Positions 1 to 9,021 of a DNA stretch of 44,989 nt are shown piece by piece. The translations under genes were made by a program, and so were the position numbers. Positions within the stretch are counted from its first letter, which is position 1. Each line of letters starts with the position of its first letter. Below the pieces are notes generated by a model. That model searched no databases. It saw only the letters and a program-made list of their open reading frames with translations, and was not told where the DNA came from. Source of the DNA: Verrucomicrobiia bacterium (GTDB lineage: Bacteria; Verrucomicrobiota; Verrucomicrobiia; Chthoniobacterales; Terrimicrobiaceae); assembly GCA_037129975.1 (NCBI GenBank), contig JBAXTX010000001.1, positions 1-44,989 on the forward strand, read 5' to 3'.

Positions 1-2
1 CC

Positions 3-155
3 CACGCCGTGGACGAATGCGAGAGCGTCGCCTTCGCCATGGACCTCACCCCGCTTGTCGCCACCCCCTCGCTCGACGTCGTGGAATACGTGCTCGGGTT
101 CATCCACCGCTTCGAGGCTGACGTCCGCGGCAAGCTCTCCAAACGCCTCGGTTAA
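3..155 (+). CDS. 3' end (about 50 codons) of a gene that starts left of the window; product unknown
   Basis: The frame is open from the window edge to TAA at 153-155 (...VEYVLGFIHRFEADVRGKLSKRLG*). Third positions are GC-rich like neighbouring genes. No recognisable motif. Confidence 0.3.
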   Translation, partial: HAVDECESVAFAMDLTPLVATPSLDVVEYVLGFIHRFEADVRGKLSKRLG

Positions 156-303
156 ATCACACCATGGAAATCACACCCGATCACTGCCAGCAACCCCGCC
201 GCGATCCTCCAGATGCACCCGACGGCGAAACTTCAGAGTGATTTTGATTCGTCAATCCGGGTTTTTCGGGATAGGACGCGTAGTTGGTTCCTCCTTATTG
301 ATT

Positions 304-2838
304 ATGAACACTCCTGCTGCAGCGGTTAAGTCGCCGGAAGAAATCCTTCGCGAGTTGCAGGTTGATCCGGCCCGCGGATTGGCGGCCGGCGAGGCGAAGG
401 CGCGGCTTGCAAAATACGGTCCGAACGCGATCGTGGAAGTCCAAGAGAGCCGGCTGAAAAAATTTCTCGGATATTTCTGGGGTCCGATGCCTTGGATGGT
501 CGAGGCGCCGGCGCTGATGGCGCTGATCATTCAGGACTGGGTGGATTTTGCGATCATCAGCTTCATGCTGGTCTTCAATGCGGTTCTTGGCTATTGTGAG
601 GAAAGCGCCGCATCGAACGCCCTCTCCGCCCTGAGAAATTCGCTGGCACTCAATGCCAAGGCGTTGCGCGACGGGAAATGGGGCGACGTGCTGGCGGCAG
701 ATCTGGTTCCGGGCGACATCATCCGGGTTCGGCTGGGCGATGTGATTCCGGCGGATTCCGTGCTGCTTGACGGGGATTATCTGAGCGTGGATGAGGCGGC
801 CCTCACCGGGGAATCGTTGCCGGTTTCGAAGGAAAATGCGGCGGATGTCTATTCCGGTTCGATTGTGAAAAAAGGCGAGATGACGGCGGTTGTCACAACG
901 ACCGGCAGCAATACGTTCTTTGGCCGCACGGCCAAGCTGGTCGCCTCGGCCGGAGCCAAGTCCCACTTCCAACAGGCGGTGGTTGCCATCGGAAATTTCC
1001 TCATTGTTCTCACGGTCACGCTCGCGGCGATTTTGGTCATCGACCGCCTTGCGGCGATGGACGGGCATTTCTCGAAGGACACCCTCTTCAAGCTGGCCGA
1101 GTATGTGCTGGTCCTGCTCGTGGCGGCGGTGCCGTTCACCACGCCGGCTGTTCTTTCCGTCACGATGGCCATGGGCGCAAGAATGCTTGCGGTCAAAAAA
1201 GCCATCGTCTCGCGCCTGGAATCCATCGAGGAGCTGGCGGGAATCGATATCCTCTGCTCGGACAAAACCGGAACCCTCACGCAAAACAAACTCACCCTGG
1301 GCGACATCATTCCCTGGGGGTCCGCAACCGCGCAGGATGTCATCCTGGCGGGATCGCTGGCATCCAAAGCGGAGGACAAGGATCCGATCGACATCGCCGT
1401 GATGGCGGGGTTGAAGGATGCCGGCCTTCTCAAAAATTACCGGCAGACCGCCTATGTGCCATTTGATCCGGTGACCAAGCGCACGGAGGCGGCCCTGCAG
1501 GACGCCTCGGGGAAATCCTTCCACACCGCGAAGGGAATGCCCGCTGTCATTCTCGATCTCTGCCAAGTGACCGGAGAGGATCGGGCAACCATCGATGCCC
1601 AGGTCACCGGGCTGGCGGTCAAAGGCATGCGGGCGCTCGCCTCGGCGCGCAGCGACGACGGCGTGGGCTGGCAGTTTCTCGGGATCCTTCCGCTCATGGA
1701 CCCGCCGCGCACGGATTCGAAGCAGACCGTGGAGCAGGCCCGCAAGCTTGGCGTCGCCGTGAAGATGGTTACCGGCGACGATGTCGCGATCGCCCGCACG
1801 ATTTCTGGAGAGCTCGGCATGGGCACGAACATCCAGCTTGCGAGCGATCTTTTCCCGGCGGATTCCGCCAACGGCTCGCTCCCGTCCGGTTCCGTGGACA
1901 AGATCGTCGCGGCCGATGGATTCGCGCGGGTTTTCCCCGAGCACAAATACGGGGTGGTCAAAGCCCTGCAGGAAGCGGGTCACATCGTGGGGATGACAGG
2001 CGACGGAGTGAACGACGCGCCCGCGCTCAAGCAGGCCGATGTGGGCATTGCCGTTTCCGGGGCGACCGATGCGGCCAGAGCCGCTGCCGCGCTCATCCTC
2101 ACCGCCCCCGGGCTCTCGGTCATCATTGACGGCATTCTCGAGGCGCGGCGGATTTTTGAGCGGATGATGAGCTACATGCTCTACCGGGTGTCCATGACGC
2201 TCGCGATCATGCTCTTCGTGGTTTCATCGATCCTTTTCTTCAACTTCTTTCCGTTGACGGCCGTGATGATCATCGTGCTGGCATTGTTGGACGACCTGCC
2301 GATCATGACCATTGCCTATGATCGGGCGACCGCGGCCCCGAAGCCGGTGAAGTGGGACATGCCCCGCGTGTTTCTCATCTCCTCGGTGCTGGGGCTTTGC
2401 GCCGTTGTGCAAAGCTTCATGCTCCTCTTCCTCGGGCGGAATCATTATCATCTCGACGGACCCCACCTTCAAACCATGATGTTCCTGCAATTGGTGGCCG
2501 GCGGACATCTGCTGCTGTTTGTGACACGGGCGGTCGGCCCCTTCTGGATGCCGCCCTTCCCGGATCCCCGACTGTTCTTTGCGATTGTTGGAACCCAGTT
2601 GGTCGCCGTGCTGGCGTGCGGCTTCGGAATCGGAACCGTCGTTCCCGCGCTGCCCTGGACGATTATCGGCTGGGTCTGGGTCTATAACATCGCGTGGATG
2701 TTCGTTCTCGATCTCGTCAAAATCGCCCTCTACCGCGTCCTGAACGGATGGAACCTCCACGGCAGGCCGTCCACACTGTTCATCCGCCTCCGCACGAATG
2801 TGAGCCCCTACGGCGCGCTCCACGCGGGCCGGAAATAG
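304..2838 (+). CDS. P-type cation-transporting ATPase, type IIIA (plasma-membrane H+-ATPase-like)
   Basis: This is ORF 55-2838. The family-like N-terminus begins at ATG 304 (MNTPAAAVKSPEEILRELQVDPARGL..GEAKARLAKYGPN). P-type signatures are the phosphorylation loop CSDKTGTLTQNKLT, MDPPRTDS, MVTGDDVAIA and the hinge GMTGDGVNDAPALKQADVGIAV. There are multiple C-terminal hydrophobic helices. Confidence 0.85.
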   Translation: MNTPAAAVKSPEEILRELQVDPARGLAAGEAKARLAKYGPNAIVEVQESRLKKFLGYFWGPMPWMVEAPALMALIIQDWVDFAIISFMLVFNAVLGYCEESAASNALSALRNSLALNAKALRDGKWGDVLAADLVPGDIIRVRLGDVIPADSVLLDGDYLSVDEAALTGESLPVSKENAADVYSGSIVKKGEMTAVVTTTGSNTFFGRTAKLVASAGAKSHFQQAVVAIGNFLIVLTVTLAAILVIDRLAAMDGHFSKDTLFKLAEYVLVLLVAAVPFTTPAVLSVTMAMGARMLAVKKAIVSRLESIEELAGIDILCSDKTGTLTQNKLTLGDIIPWGSATAQDVILAGSLASKAEDKDPIDIAVMAGLKDAGLLKNYRQTAYVPFDPVTKRTEAALQDASGKSFHTAKGMPAVILDLCQVTGEDRATIDAQVTGLAVKGMRALASARSDDGVGWQFLGILPLMDPPRTDSKQTVEQARKLGVAVKMVTGDDVAIARTISGELGMGTNIQLASDLFPADSANGSLPSGSVDKIVAADGFARVFPEHKYGVVKALQEAGHIVGMTGDGVNDAPALKQADVGIAVSGATDAARAAAALILTAPGLSVIIDGILEARRIFERMMSYMLYRVSMTLAIMLFVVSSILFFNFFPLTAVMIIVLALLDDLPIMTIAYDRATAAPKPVKWDMPRVFLISSVLGLCAVVQSFMLLFLGRNHYHLDGPHLQTMMFLQLVAGGHLLLFVTRAVGPFWMPPFPDPRLFFAIVGTQLVAVLACGFGIGTVVPALPWTIIGWVWVYNIAWMFVLDLVKIALYRVLNGWNLHGRPSTLFIRLRTNVSPYGALHAGRK

Positions 2839-2901
2839 CTGCCCCCGCGGTCGTGTCGCGCATCGGAAAATCAACCAAACCAAAAACCAACCAAACCAAA
2901 A

Positions 2902-3660
2902 ATGAAAAAACCGCTCACAATCATCGCCCTCGTGGCGGCCTCGCTCGGAGGGCTGCAGGCGACAGTGCTCCTTCAGGACAATTTTCCGACGGACGGCCCG
3001 CTCGTGGGAACGACTCCGTCCGTTGGTGGAATTTGGCAAACCCTTTCCGGCACGGCGGACACGCTCGTTGTATCGGGGAACAAGCTGCAAATCCAGGACA
3101 CTAACACTGAAGATGCGAAGTCGGATTTCCCGACATTACAGACGGTGGACTTGTTTGTCGGTTTTACCCTGAATATGTCGGCGGCAAATCTTCCCTCAAC
3201 GACCGTGGAATACTTTTCCTCCTTCAGAAGCACGACAGGTTACGACGGTCGCATCCTTGCTGTCCGCCCCGCGGGCACTGCGGCCGGAAAGTTTCGCCTG
3301 GGCATCTCGAATACCGCAGAGGCATCCGTGAATTGGGCTTCTGATTTGGATCCCGGCGTGGATTACCGGGTCGTCGTCAAGTTCACCCAGAATGGATCGA
3401 ACGACTTTGTCACACTTTGGGTCGGCCCCTCTTCGGAAGCCAGCAGCTCGGTGTCCACGGCCGCCGCCGGGATCAACACGGGCTTGTCCGGATTTGCGTT
3501 CCGGCAGGCAGCCGCGATCGGTGCCATGGCGGTTGACAATCTCGTGGTCGGCACGACCTTCGCCGAAGCCATCCCCGAGCCATCCACCTGGGCACACATC
3601 GGCATCGGTTCCTCCATTGTGTTTTGGAAAATGCGCCGTGCCCGCCGGTGGGAAGGCTGA
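2902..3660 (+). CDS. secreted PEP-CTERM-anchored protein (putative exosortase substrate), function unknown
   Basis: N-terminal signal peptide MKKPLTIIALVAASLGGLQA. The C-terminus IPEPSTWAHIGIGSSIVFWKMRRARRWEG has the PEP motif, a hydrophobic helix and a basic tail. Confidence 0.8.
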   Translation: MKKPLTIIALVAASLGGLQATVLLQDNFPTDGPLVGTTPSVGGIWQTLSGTADTLVVSGNKLQIQDTNTEDAKSDFPTLQTVDLFVGFTLNMSAANLPSTTVEYFSSFRSTTGYDGRILAVRPAGTAAGKFRLGISNTAEASVNWASDLDPGVDYRVVVKFTQNGSNDFVTLWVGPSSEASSSVSTAAAGINTGLSGFAFRQAAAIGAMAVDNLVVGTTFAEAIPEPSTWAHIGIGSSIVFWKMRRARRWEG

Positions 3661-3668
3661 GGAAAGTC

Positions 3669-3688
3669 GGTGCTGACGGAGCAGCACC
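3669..3688 (+). terminator. weak candidate intrinsic terminator hairpin after the PEP-CTERM gene
   Basis: GGTGCTG-ACGGAG-CAGCACC forms a 7 bp stem starting 9 nt after the stop. A short T run (ATTTT) starts only about 8 nt downstream, so the call is weak. Confidence 0.2.
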
Positions 3689-3894
3689 CTCCAGATTTTG
3701 GGACGGAGCCTTGCGCCCCAAACTAGCACCGCAGACATTTTGAGACAGGAAGGCGAGCAGAGGGGGCAACTTCTGGTGCCTTTCACGCCGCCCGTAAAAC
3801 CGCCACAATCCCCTTGACCGGACGTGATACGGTTTACAAGATCGCCCGGTGAAAACCAGATTGAACCCCAAACCTTTTTTCAAAAGTTAATCTT

Positions 3895-4176
3895 ATGAGT
3901 GAATCAAGGGTTGTCGTTACAGTGATCGGGCCGGACCGGATTGGAATTGTGGCGGATGTGGCCACGCTCTTGGCCCGGCAAAACGCCAACATTCTCGATA
4001 TCAACCAAAAAGTCATGGGCGGTGACATCTTCGCCATGACCATGCTGACGGACATGAAAAAGACGACGGTTGCTTTTGCCGAACTCAAACGGTTGCTCGA
4101 GGAAAAAGGCGGGGAACTCGGGCTGAAAATCCACGCCCAGCACGAAGATATTTTCAAGTTCATGCACCGGATTTGA
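3895..4176 (+). CDS. ACT-domain protein (UPF0237 family)
   Basis: 93 aa. [38 protein letters not shown] is a typical ACT beta-alpha-beta start. It lies directly upstream of a UPF0210 gene, which is the conserved pairing. Confidence 0.75.
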   Translation: MSESRVVVTVIGPDRIGIVADVATLLARQNANILDINQKVMGGDIFAMTMLTDMKKTTVAFAELKRLLEEKGGELGLKIHAQHEDIFKFMHRI

Positions 4177-4231
4177 TCCCGTTCCGGGAGCGGCGCGCGC
4201 CGGGCTTCGCGAAGTTCAAAAAAACAATTTT

Positions 4232-5593
4232 ATGACCATTTCGTCCGACGAGATTTTAGAAACGATCGAGATGATCGAGCGGGAATGCCTGGATGTCCGC
4301 ACCGTGACCATGGGGATCTCCCTCCTCGACTGCTCCCATCCCGATGTCGAGGTGGCAGGAAAAAACATCATCGCCAAAATCGAGCATCTGGCCGGGAAAC
4401 TCGGCGATACCGCCCGCGGAATCGAGATGGATTACGGCATCCCGATCATCAACACGCGGATTTCCATTACCCCCATTTCGCAAGTGGTGGCGGGAGGCGA
4501 CAAGGCGGGGTTTGTCTATATCGCGGATTGCCTGGATGAGGCGGCCAGGCGGGTCGGGGTGAATTTTATCGGCGGCTTCAGCGCGCTGGTGCAGAAGGGA
4601 TTCACCCACCAGGATCGGGCCCTGATCGAAGCCATTCCCGAGGCGCTCTCCCGCACGGAACGGGTCTGCTCGTCCGTGAACGTCGCCTCGACGCGCGCCG
4701 GGATTAACATGGACGCCGTGAAAATCATGGGCCAGATCATCAAGGAAACCGCCCGGCTCACGTCTGATCGCGATGGCCTGGGCTGCGCCAAGCTGGTGGT
4801 CTTCGCCAACGCGGTGGATGACAATCCTTTCATGGCCGGCGCCTTCCACGGAGTTGGCGAGCCGGAATGCGTCGTCAACATCGGTGTCAGCGGCCCCGGA
4901 GTGGTGCGCGCTGCCGTCGCGGACGCCAGGGGCAAAAACTTGGGCGAGATCGCGGAGATCATAAAAAAAGTGGGGTTCAAAATCACCCGGATGGGAGAAC
5001 TGGTGGGGCGCGAAATTTCCAAACGCCTGAATGTCGAATTCGGCATCCTCGACGTGTCCCTCGCCCCGACCCCGGCCGCCGGCGATTCGGTGGCTGAAAT
5101 CCTCGAGGCGATGGGAATCGAACGGGTCGGCGCCCCCGGCAGCACAGCAGCGCTCGCGCTGCTGAACGACGCAATGAAAAAAGGGGGCGCGTTCGCCTCG
5201 TCCTATGTCGGCGGACTCTCCGGAGCATTCATCCCGGTCAGCGAAGATCAAGGGATGATCCGGGCTGCTCGGGAGGGCGTTCTCTCCCTGGATAAACTGG
5301 AGGCGATGACTTCGGTCTGCTCGGTCGGCCTGGACATGATCGCGATTCCAGGGGAGACGCCAGCCGAGACCATTTCAGCCATTATCGCCGACGAAGCCGC
5401 CATCGGAGTCATCAACAACAAGACCACGGCGGTGAGAATCATTCCGGTGCCGGGCAAAAACGTCGGGGACACCGCGCACTTCGGCGGTCTTCTGGGGGAA
5501 GCTCCGGTGATCCCTGTGAGCAAACTCAGCTCCAAGGAGTTCATCGACCGGGGCGGCAGAATCCCGGCCCCGATCCAGGGAATGAAAAATTAG
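4232..5593 (+). CDS. UPF0210 / DUF711 (PFL-like) family protein
   Basis: 453 aa. The N-terminus ...[27 protein letters not shown] and the overall length and pattern match the UPF0210 family that pairs with UPF0237 ACT proteins. Confidence 0.75.
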   Translation: MTISSDEILETIEMIERECLDVRTVTMGISLLDCSHPDVEVAGKNIIAKIEHLAGKLGDTARGIEMDYGIPIINTRISITPISQVVAGGDKAGFVYIADCLDEAARRVGVNFIGGFSALVQKGFTHQDRALIEAIPEALSRTERVCSSVNVASTRAGINMDAVKIMGQIIKETARLTSDRDGLGCAKLVVFANAVDDNPFMAGAFHGVGEPECVVNIGVSGPGVVRAAVADARGKNLGEIAEIIKKVGFKITRMGELVGREISKRLNVEFGILDVSLAPTPAAGDSVAEILEAMGIERVGAPGSTAALALLNDAMKKGGAFASSYVGGLSGAFIPVSEDQGMIRAAREGVLSLDKLEAMTSVCSVGLDMIAIPGETPAETISAIIADEAAIGVINNKTTAVRIIPVPGKNVGDTAHFGGLLGEAPVIPVSKLSSKEFIDRGGRIPAPIQGMKN

Positions 5594-5649
5594 CCCGCAT
5601 ATCTCACAGCAAAAGGGGGGTCAGTCCTGAATGGCGCTGGTACCCGTTC

Positions 5650-5723
5650 CAAAGTTATTCAGCAATTGGCGGGAGGCAGGGCCTCCGGCCCATGCCTCAG
5701 GCCGCCAATTGTGAATAACTTTG
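5650..5723. other. 74-nt extended imperfect hairpin (about 33 bp paired), function unknown
   Basis: 5650-5672 (CAAAGTTATTCAGCAATTGGCGG) pairs with 5702-5723, with one bulged G at 5662. The stem continues GAGGCA (5673-78)/TGCCTC (5693-98) after a 3-nt bulge, then GGGCC (5679-83)/GGCCC (5687-91) around a 3-nt loop. It lies 56 nt after the UPF0210 stop and 243 nt before the IS110-type ORF stub. Confidence 0.6.
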
Positions 5724-5965
5724 CCGATGCGCGAAGCGCAAAGGTGAGTAAATTTCCATCGTCGGCTCCGGCCGATGGCGGCAACGCCACGAGCGCGGCA
5801 CGGTCCAATGGCGCAGGCCTCAAGAAGGCTGAAGTTAGAACACCGGCCCGCTCGTCGGCTTCCACCAAGAGGTCTGATAGAACAACAGCTCATGAAGCTC
5901 ACAGTACCAGTTCGACCTGTGGTGGAGCCACCGCGCCGAGTCGCCAACTCAAACCAAAGAAAGCC

Positions 5966-6247
5966 ATGAACCAACAACCACCTGTCAGTCATTTCGCGGG
6001 TTTCGATTGGGCCAGAGATCACCACGACGTGGTCATCCTGGACAACGGGGGCCGCATCGTCGTGGAGTTTCGCATTGAGCACACAGCAACCGGCTGGAAG
6101 GCGTGGAAGGAGAAAATCAAGGCATTCCCGTCGTTGGCAGTCGCGATTGAGACCAGCTACGGGGCGGCCGTCGAACAACTCCTTGATTGCGATCTGCAAG
6201 TCTATCCTGTGAACCCAATGAATGCCAAACGCTACCGGGAACGAAAA
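5966..6247 (+). pseudogene. IS110-family transposase, N-terminal stub (about 94 of about 400 codons)
   Basis: MNQQPPVSHFAGFDWARDHHDVVILDNGGRIVVEFRIEHTATGWKAWKEKIKAFPSLAVAIETSYGAAVEQLLDCDLQVYPVNPMNAKRYRERK matches the DEDD N-terminal domain pattern (G.DWA...H.., vaiE, vy.vNP...ryRer). Similarity is lost after RERK, and no C-terminal domain is present in any frame. Confidence 0.65.
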
Positions 6248-6420
6248 TGTTCCAGCAGCATTCGGGTGAGTATGCGTTGTTTTCATAATAGTTGCCCATT
6301 ACTGTTTTTCTTCAGCCACCTTCACCCCCGCCTGATCGGCCGACAGACTGTAATATCGTCCTCCCCAGCGCAGGCCGCTCAAACAGACGAAATGTTTTTT
6401 CATCATCCGATCCATTTTTA

Positions 6421-8853
6421 TTATTCGCAGTTCACTTCCGTCGCTTGCCCGGCTTTGAGAGAAACCGTTTTCTTTTTTCCTGCGGGGGTGATGATCGTTA
6501 CGTTCTGATCCTTGTCCGAGACCAGCACCGCCTTGGCTCCTTTCTCATCCCAAGTGAGATCCTTCAGCGTGATCGCCCCGCGCAGACGCAGCCCCTTGAT
6601 CGAGCCACTTTTCCATTGCGGGGGCCGGGCGGGGAAGAAGCGGATCAGCCCCGGATCGGAATAGACCAGCGTGGAGGCGCAGACGTAGGGAAACCCTCCG
6701 GAGATATCCATCATGAACATCCCATGCCGATTACTGTAAGAGCCCATGCCGGTGGACCAATAATTCTTGCCGAGTTCGTTGATTACCCGCTGCGCCAGCT
6801 CAGCGTCACCCACCCGTGCGGCGGCCAGACCGTTCTGCACAACCCCAAAGGCTGCGCCGGATGATTTATTTTCGAGGTACGTCAGCCGTTCGCGCACGGA
6901 GTGGCAGACCGCGTTCTTTAGCGCCGGGCTGTCGACGATCTCCGGGGGCATCTCGTCATAGAGCGGATAAAAGTGCGAGGCATGGCGGTGCAGATTGCTA
7001 TCTTTTAGCCCCGGCCAAAGCCATTCACGAAACGACCCGTCCGGCCCCACCTCATAGGGGGGGATTTTCGCCAGCAACTCCGCCCACTTCTTTTGCAGCT
7101 CATCGTCGCGGCCCAACTCCTTGGCTGCGGCGATCGTGTTGCGTAACAATTGCCTGGCTGCACCAACCTCCATCGTCGCATTGATCGAGGTTCTCACATA
7201 AGAACCATCCGGTCCGTTTTCCGGCGAGTAGGTGGGCGCAAATACCACCCAGCCGTTCTTATCCGTGTTTGTGAGATAATCTTCGTAGAAGGCTGCCGTC
7301 TCCTTCATGAGCGGATAAGCGCGCTCCTCCAGGAACTTCCGATCGCCCGTGTACTGCCAGTGATCATAGAAGAATTGGCAAGCCCAGGCCGCCCCCGCAT
7401 ACCAATAGCAGAAAGGCTGGGAGGGCGAAATGCCCACGAAGACGGGGGCCGTCGTAAGCTGCGCCGGCACCAGAAATCCCCGCATACCGGTGACCTCCTT
7501 CATGAGCTTGCGGAATCCCGGCAACATCCGCTCGTAAAAACGGAAGTAGGGCTCCATCAATTCTGGCGTGTTACCCATACCAAGGAAAGCAACCGCACAG
7601 GGCACGTTGGCATCAGTAGTCAAGGCCGACCCCCAACGTGCCAGCCACGAGGCGTTCCAAAGCCCCTGGAGATTCGGCGGATTATATCCGGTGGAACTAA
7701 TGATGTTGTAGCGGCCTGCGTCGAAGGCCCTCTCGATTTGGGCTAGCGGCGACTCCATTTTATCGGAATCCTTCATCAGGTATTCCGTTGCCTTGGCCCG
7801 ATCTTCAGCCGGAGCGTTGAGCGAGAAACTTACCCGTCCCATCAAATCACCGTGAATCTTCGCATGTGCCGCCAGCAGCTTGCCATAGTCTGCCGGAAGC
7901 GCTTCCAATTCTCTCCGGATCTCCGGCGCAGAGGTTTCACCCTTGTCGCTCCTGAGACGGGGACGGATTTTGATCAAAACGAGGATCTTCTCAGCTCCCC
8001 TGATCTGATAGCCGGGCTGAGTCCGCCCGAAGCTGCCGCCCTTGTGAATGATGCGGCCCACGGCTTCATAGCCCACCACCGGGTTGTCGGCGTTTGGCGT
8101 GGCAAAGGTAGACTGGAACTGGATGAATTTATCGGACAATACCCCGGCATTGACCTCCTTGATCCGTTTGCAGATCTCCCTGGCTTCCTTGAAATTGTGG
8201 GCCTCCAATTCGGCAAAAGAGATCGCCGCCTCCTGCTTGGCGCTACCGTCGAGCCGCACGACGATGACATCATCGGCACGGGAAACAAAGGTGCTGCGCC
8301 GGGAAATACCCTCAGGAGAGGTATAAGTCACCGTTGCTTCGCCGGTCATAAAATCCACCGAGCGCTGGTAGCGGCTGACATCCTCCGGCTCCTGTTCGAT
8401 CCGCAGGGTACATGCGCCGATAAAGGGGTCCGTCAGATTCACCGAGTACCCATGCTGGGCGGTGTCTTCGCGGTGGATTTTAACAATCATCTCCCCGGCT
8501 TCGTCGAATTTCCCCTCCATACAAAGCCGCCGGATTTCCTCGAAGTGATTGGCCATGATAATCGGCTGGGTGCGTTTATCCCGGGGCATGTAAAGGGCTG
8601 CGTGGCTAAGGTAGAGTGTCTCGTCGAAGGGATTGCCCGGAACCATCACGCCCACGATGCCGTTGCCACTCAGAAGCGACTTTTCCCAGTCGTTGCCTGC
8701 GGAGCGGTGGCTTACGAAGCCGCGGGCCGGCGTTTTGTACAACGCCTCGGAATCGACCGCTGTTATTTCCGAAGATGGTTTCGCCGCCCACAAGGTGCCC
8801 GCGGACATTGCCCAGAGCAAACCCAGATTTACTGCCTTTTTTAGTGTTTTCAT
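6421..8853 (-). CDS. secreted glycoside hydrolase, GH95-like (alpha-L-fucosidase/galactosidase type)
   Basis: 810 aa with signal peptide MKTLKKAVNLGLLWAMSAGTLWA. The N-terminal motif WEKSLLSGNGIVGVMVPGNPFDETLYLSHAALY resembles the GH95 N-domain (lP.GNG.lG.mv.G...e...l). The large (alpha/alpha)6-sized body fits. Confidence 0.6.
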   Translation of the reverse strand: MKTLKKAVNLGLLWAMSAGTLWAAKPSSEITAVDSEALYKTPARGFVSHRSAGNDWEKSLLSGNGIVGVMVPGNPFDETLYLSHAALYMPRDKRTQPIIMANHFEEIRRLCMEGKFDEAGEMIVKIHREDTAQHGYSVNLTDPFIGACTLRIEQEPEDVSRYQRSVDFMTGEATVTYTSPEGISRRSTFVSRADDVIVVRLDGSAKQEAAISFAELEAHNFKEAREICKRIKEVNAGVLSDKFIQFQSTFATPNADNPVVGYEAVGRIIHKGGSFGRTQPGYQIRGAEKILVLIKIRPRLRSDKGETSAPEIRRELEALPADYGKLLAAHAKIHGDLMGRVSFSLNAPAEDRAKATEYLMKDSDKMESPLAQIERAFDAGRYNIISSTGYNPPNLQGLWNASWLARWGSALTTDANVPCAVAFLGMGNTPELMEPYFRFYERMLPGFRKLMKEVTGMRGFLVPAQLTTAPVFVGISPSQPFCYWYAGAAWACQFFYDHWQYTGDRKFLEERAYPLMKETAAFYEDYLTNTDKNGWVVFAPTYSPENGPDGSYVRTSINATMEVGAARQLLRNTIAAAKELGRDDELQKKWAELLAKIPPYEVGPDGSFREWLWPGLKDSNLHRHASHFYPLYDEMPPEIVDSPALKNAVCHSVRERLTYLENKSSGAAFGVVQNGLAAARVGDAELAQRVINELGKNYWSTGMGSYSNRHGMFMMDISGGFPYVCASTLVYSDPGLIRFFPARPPQWKSGSIKGLRLRGAITLKDLTWDEKGAKAVLVSDKDQNVTIITPAGKKKTVSLKAGQATEVNCE

Positions 8854-9021
8854 GTTGTAGGATAGAGTGATTGCTTCACCACCAGGTTTTACAGTGATCC
8901 GCGCTGTATTATCCGGCGGCGGTTTTTTGCCTGAACACCAACGCCAGACCCTTCGGCCTGAGAGGAAAAAACGTCATTGATTGAACTGTAGACAACTCCG
9001 GATGCATCCAATCACTCCTCG

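Noticed and set aside
295-1983. 562-aa minus-strand ORF
   Set aside because: It is antisense to the P-type ATPase, whose motifs are unambiguous. It is an Arg-rich shadow ORF.
5621-6286. 221-aa minus-strand ORF and 280-aa plus-strand ORF (5666-6508) over the IS110 remnant region
   Set aside because: Only the segment 5966-6247 (plus strand) shows family similarity. The rest of both ORFs has no coding signature and spans obviously non-coding, structured or AT-richer sequence.
6299-6415. 38-codon minus-strand ORF (MDRMMKKHFVCLSGLRWGGRYYSLSADQAGVKVAEEKQ) just downstream of GH95
   Set aside because: It is too short and has no recognisable motif. It lies in the lower-GC junction next to the IS110 stub, so it may be another mobile-element scrap. 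I could not support any call.
7852-8844. 330-aa plus-strand ORF, and similar plus-strand ORFs across 6292-14911
   Set aside because: They are antisense to the GH95, GH2 and GH106-like genes, which have signal peptides and family motifs. Shadow ORFs.
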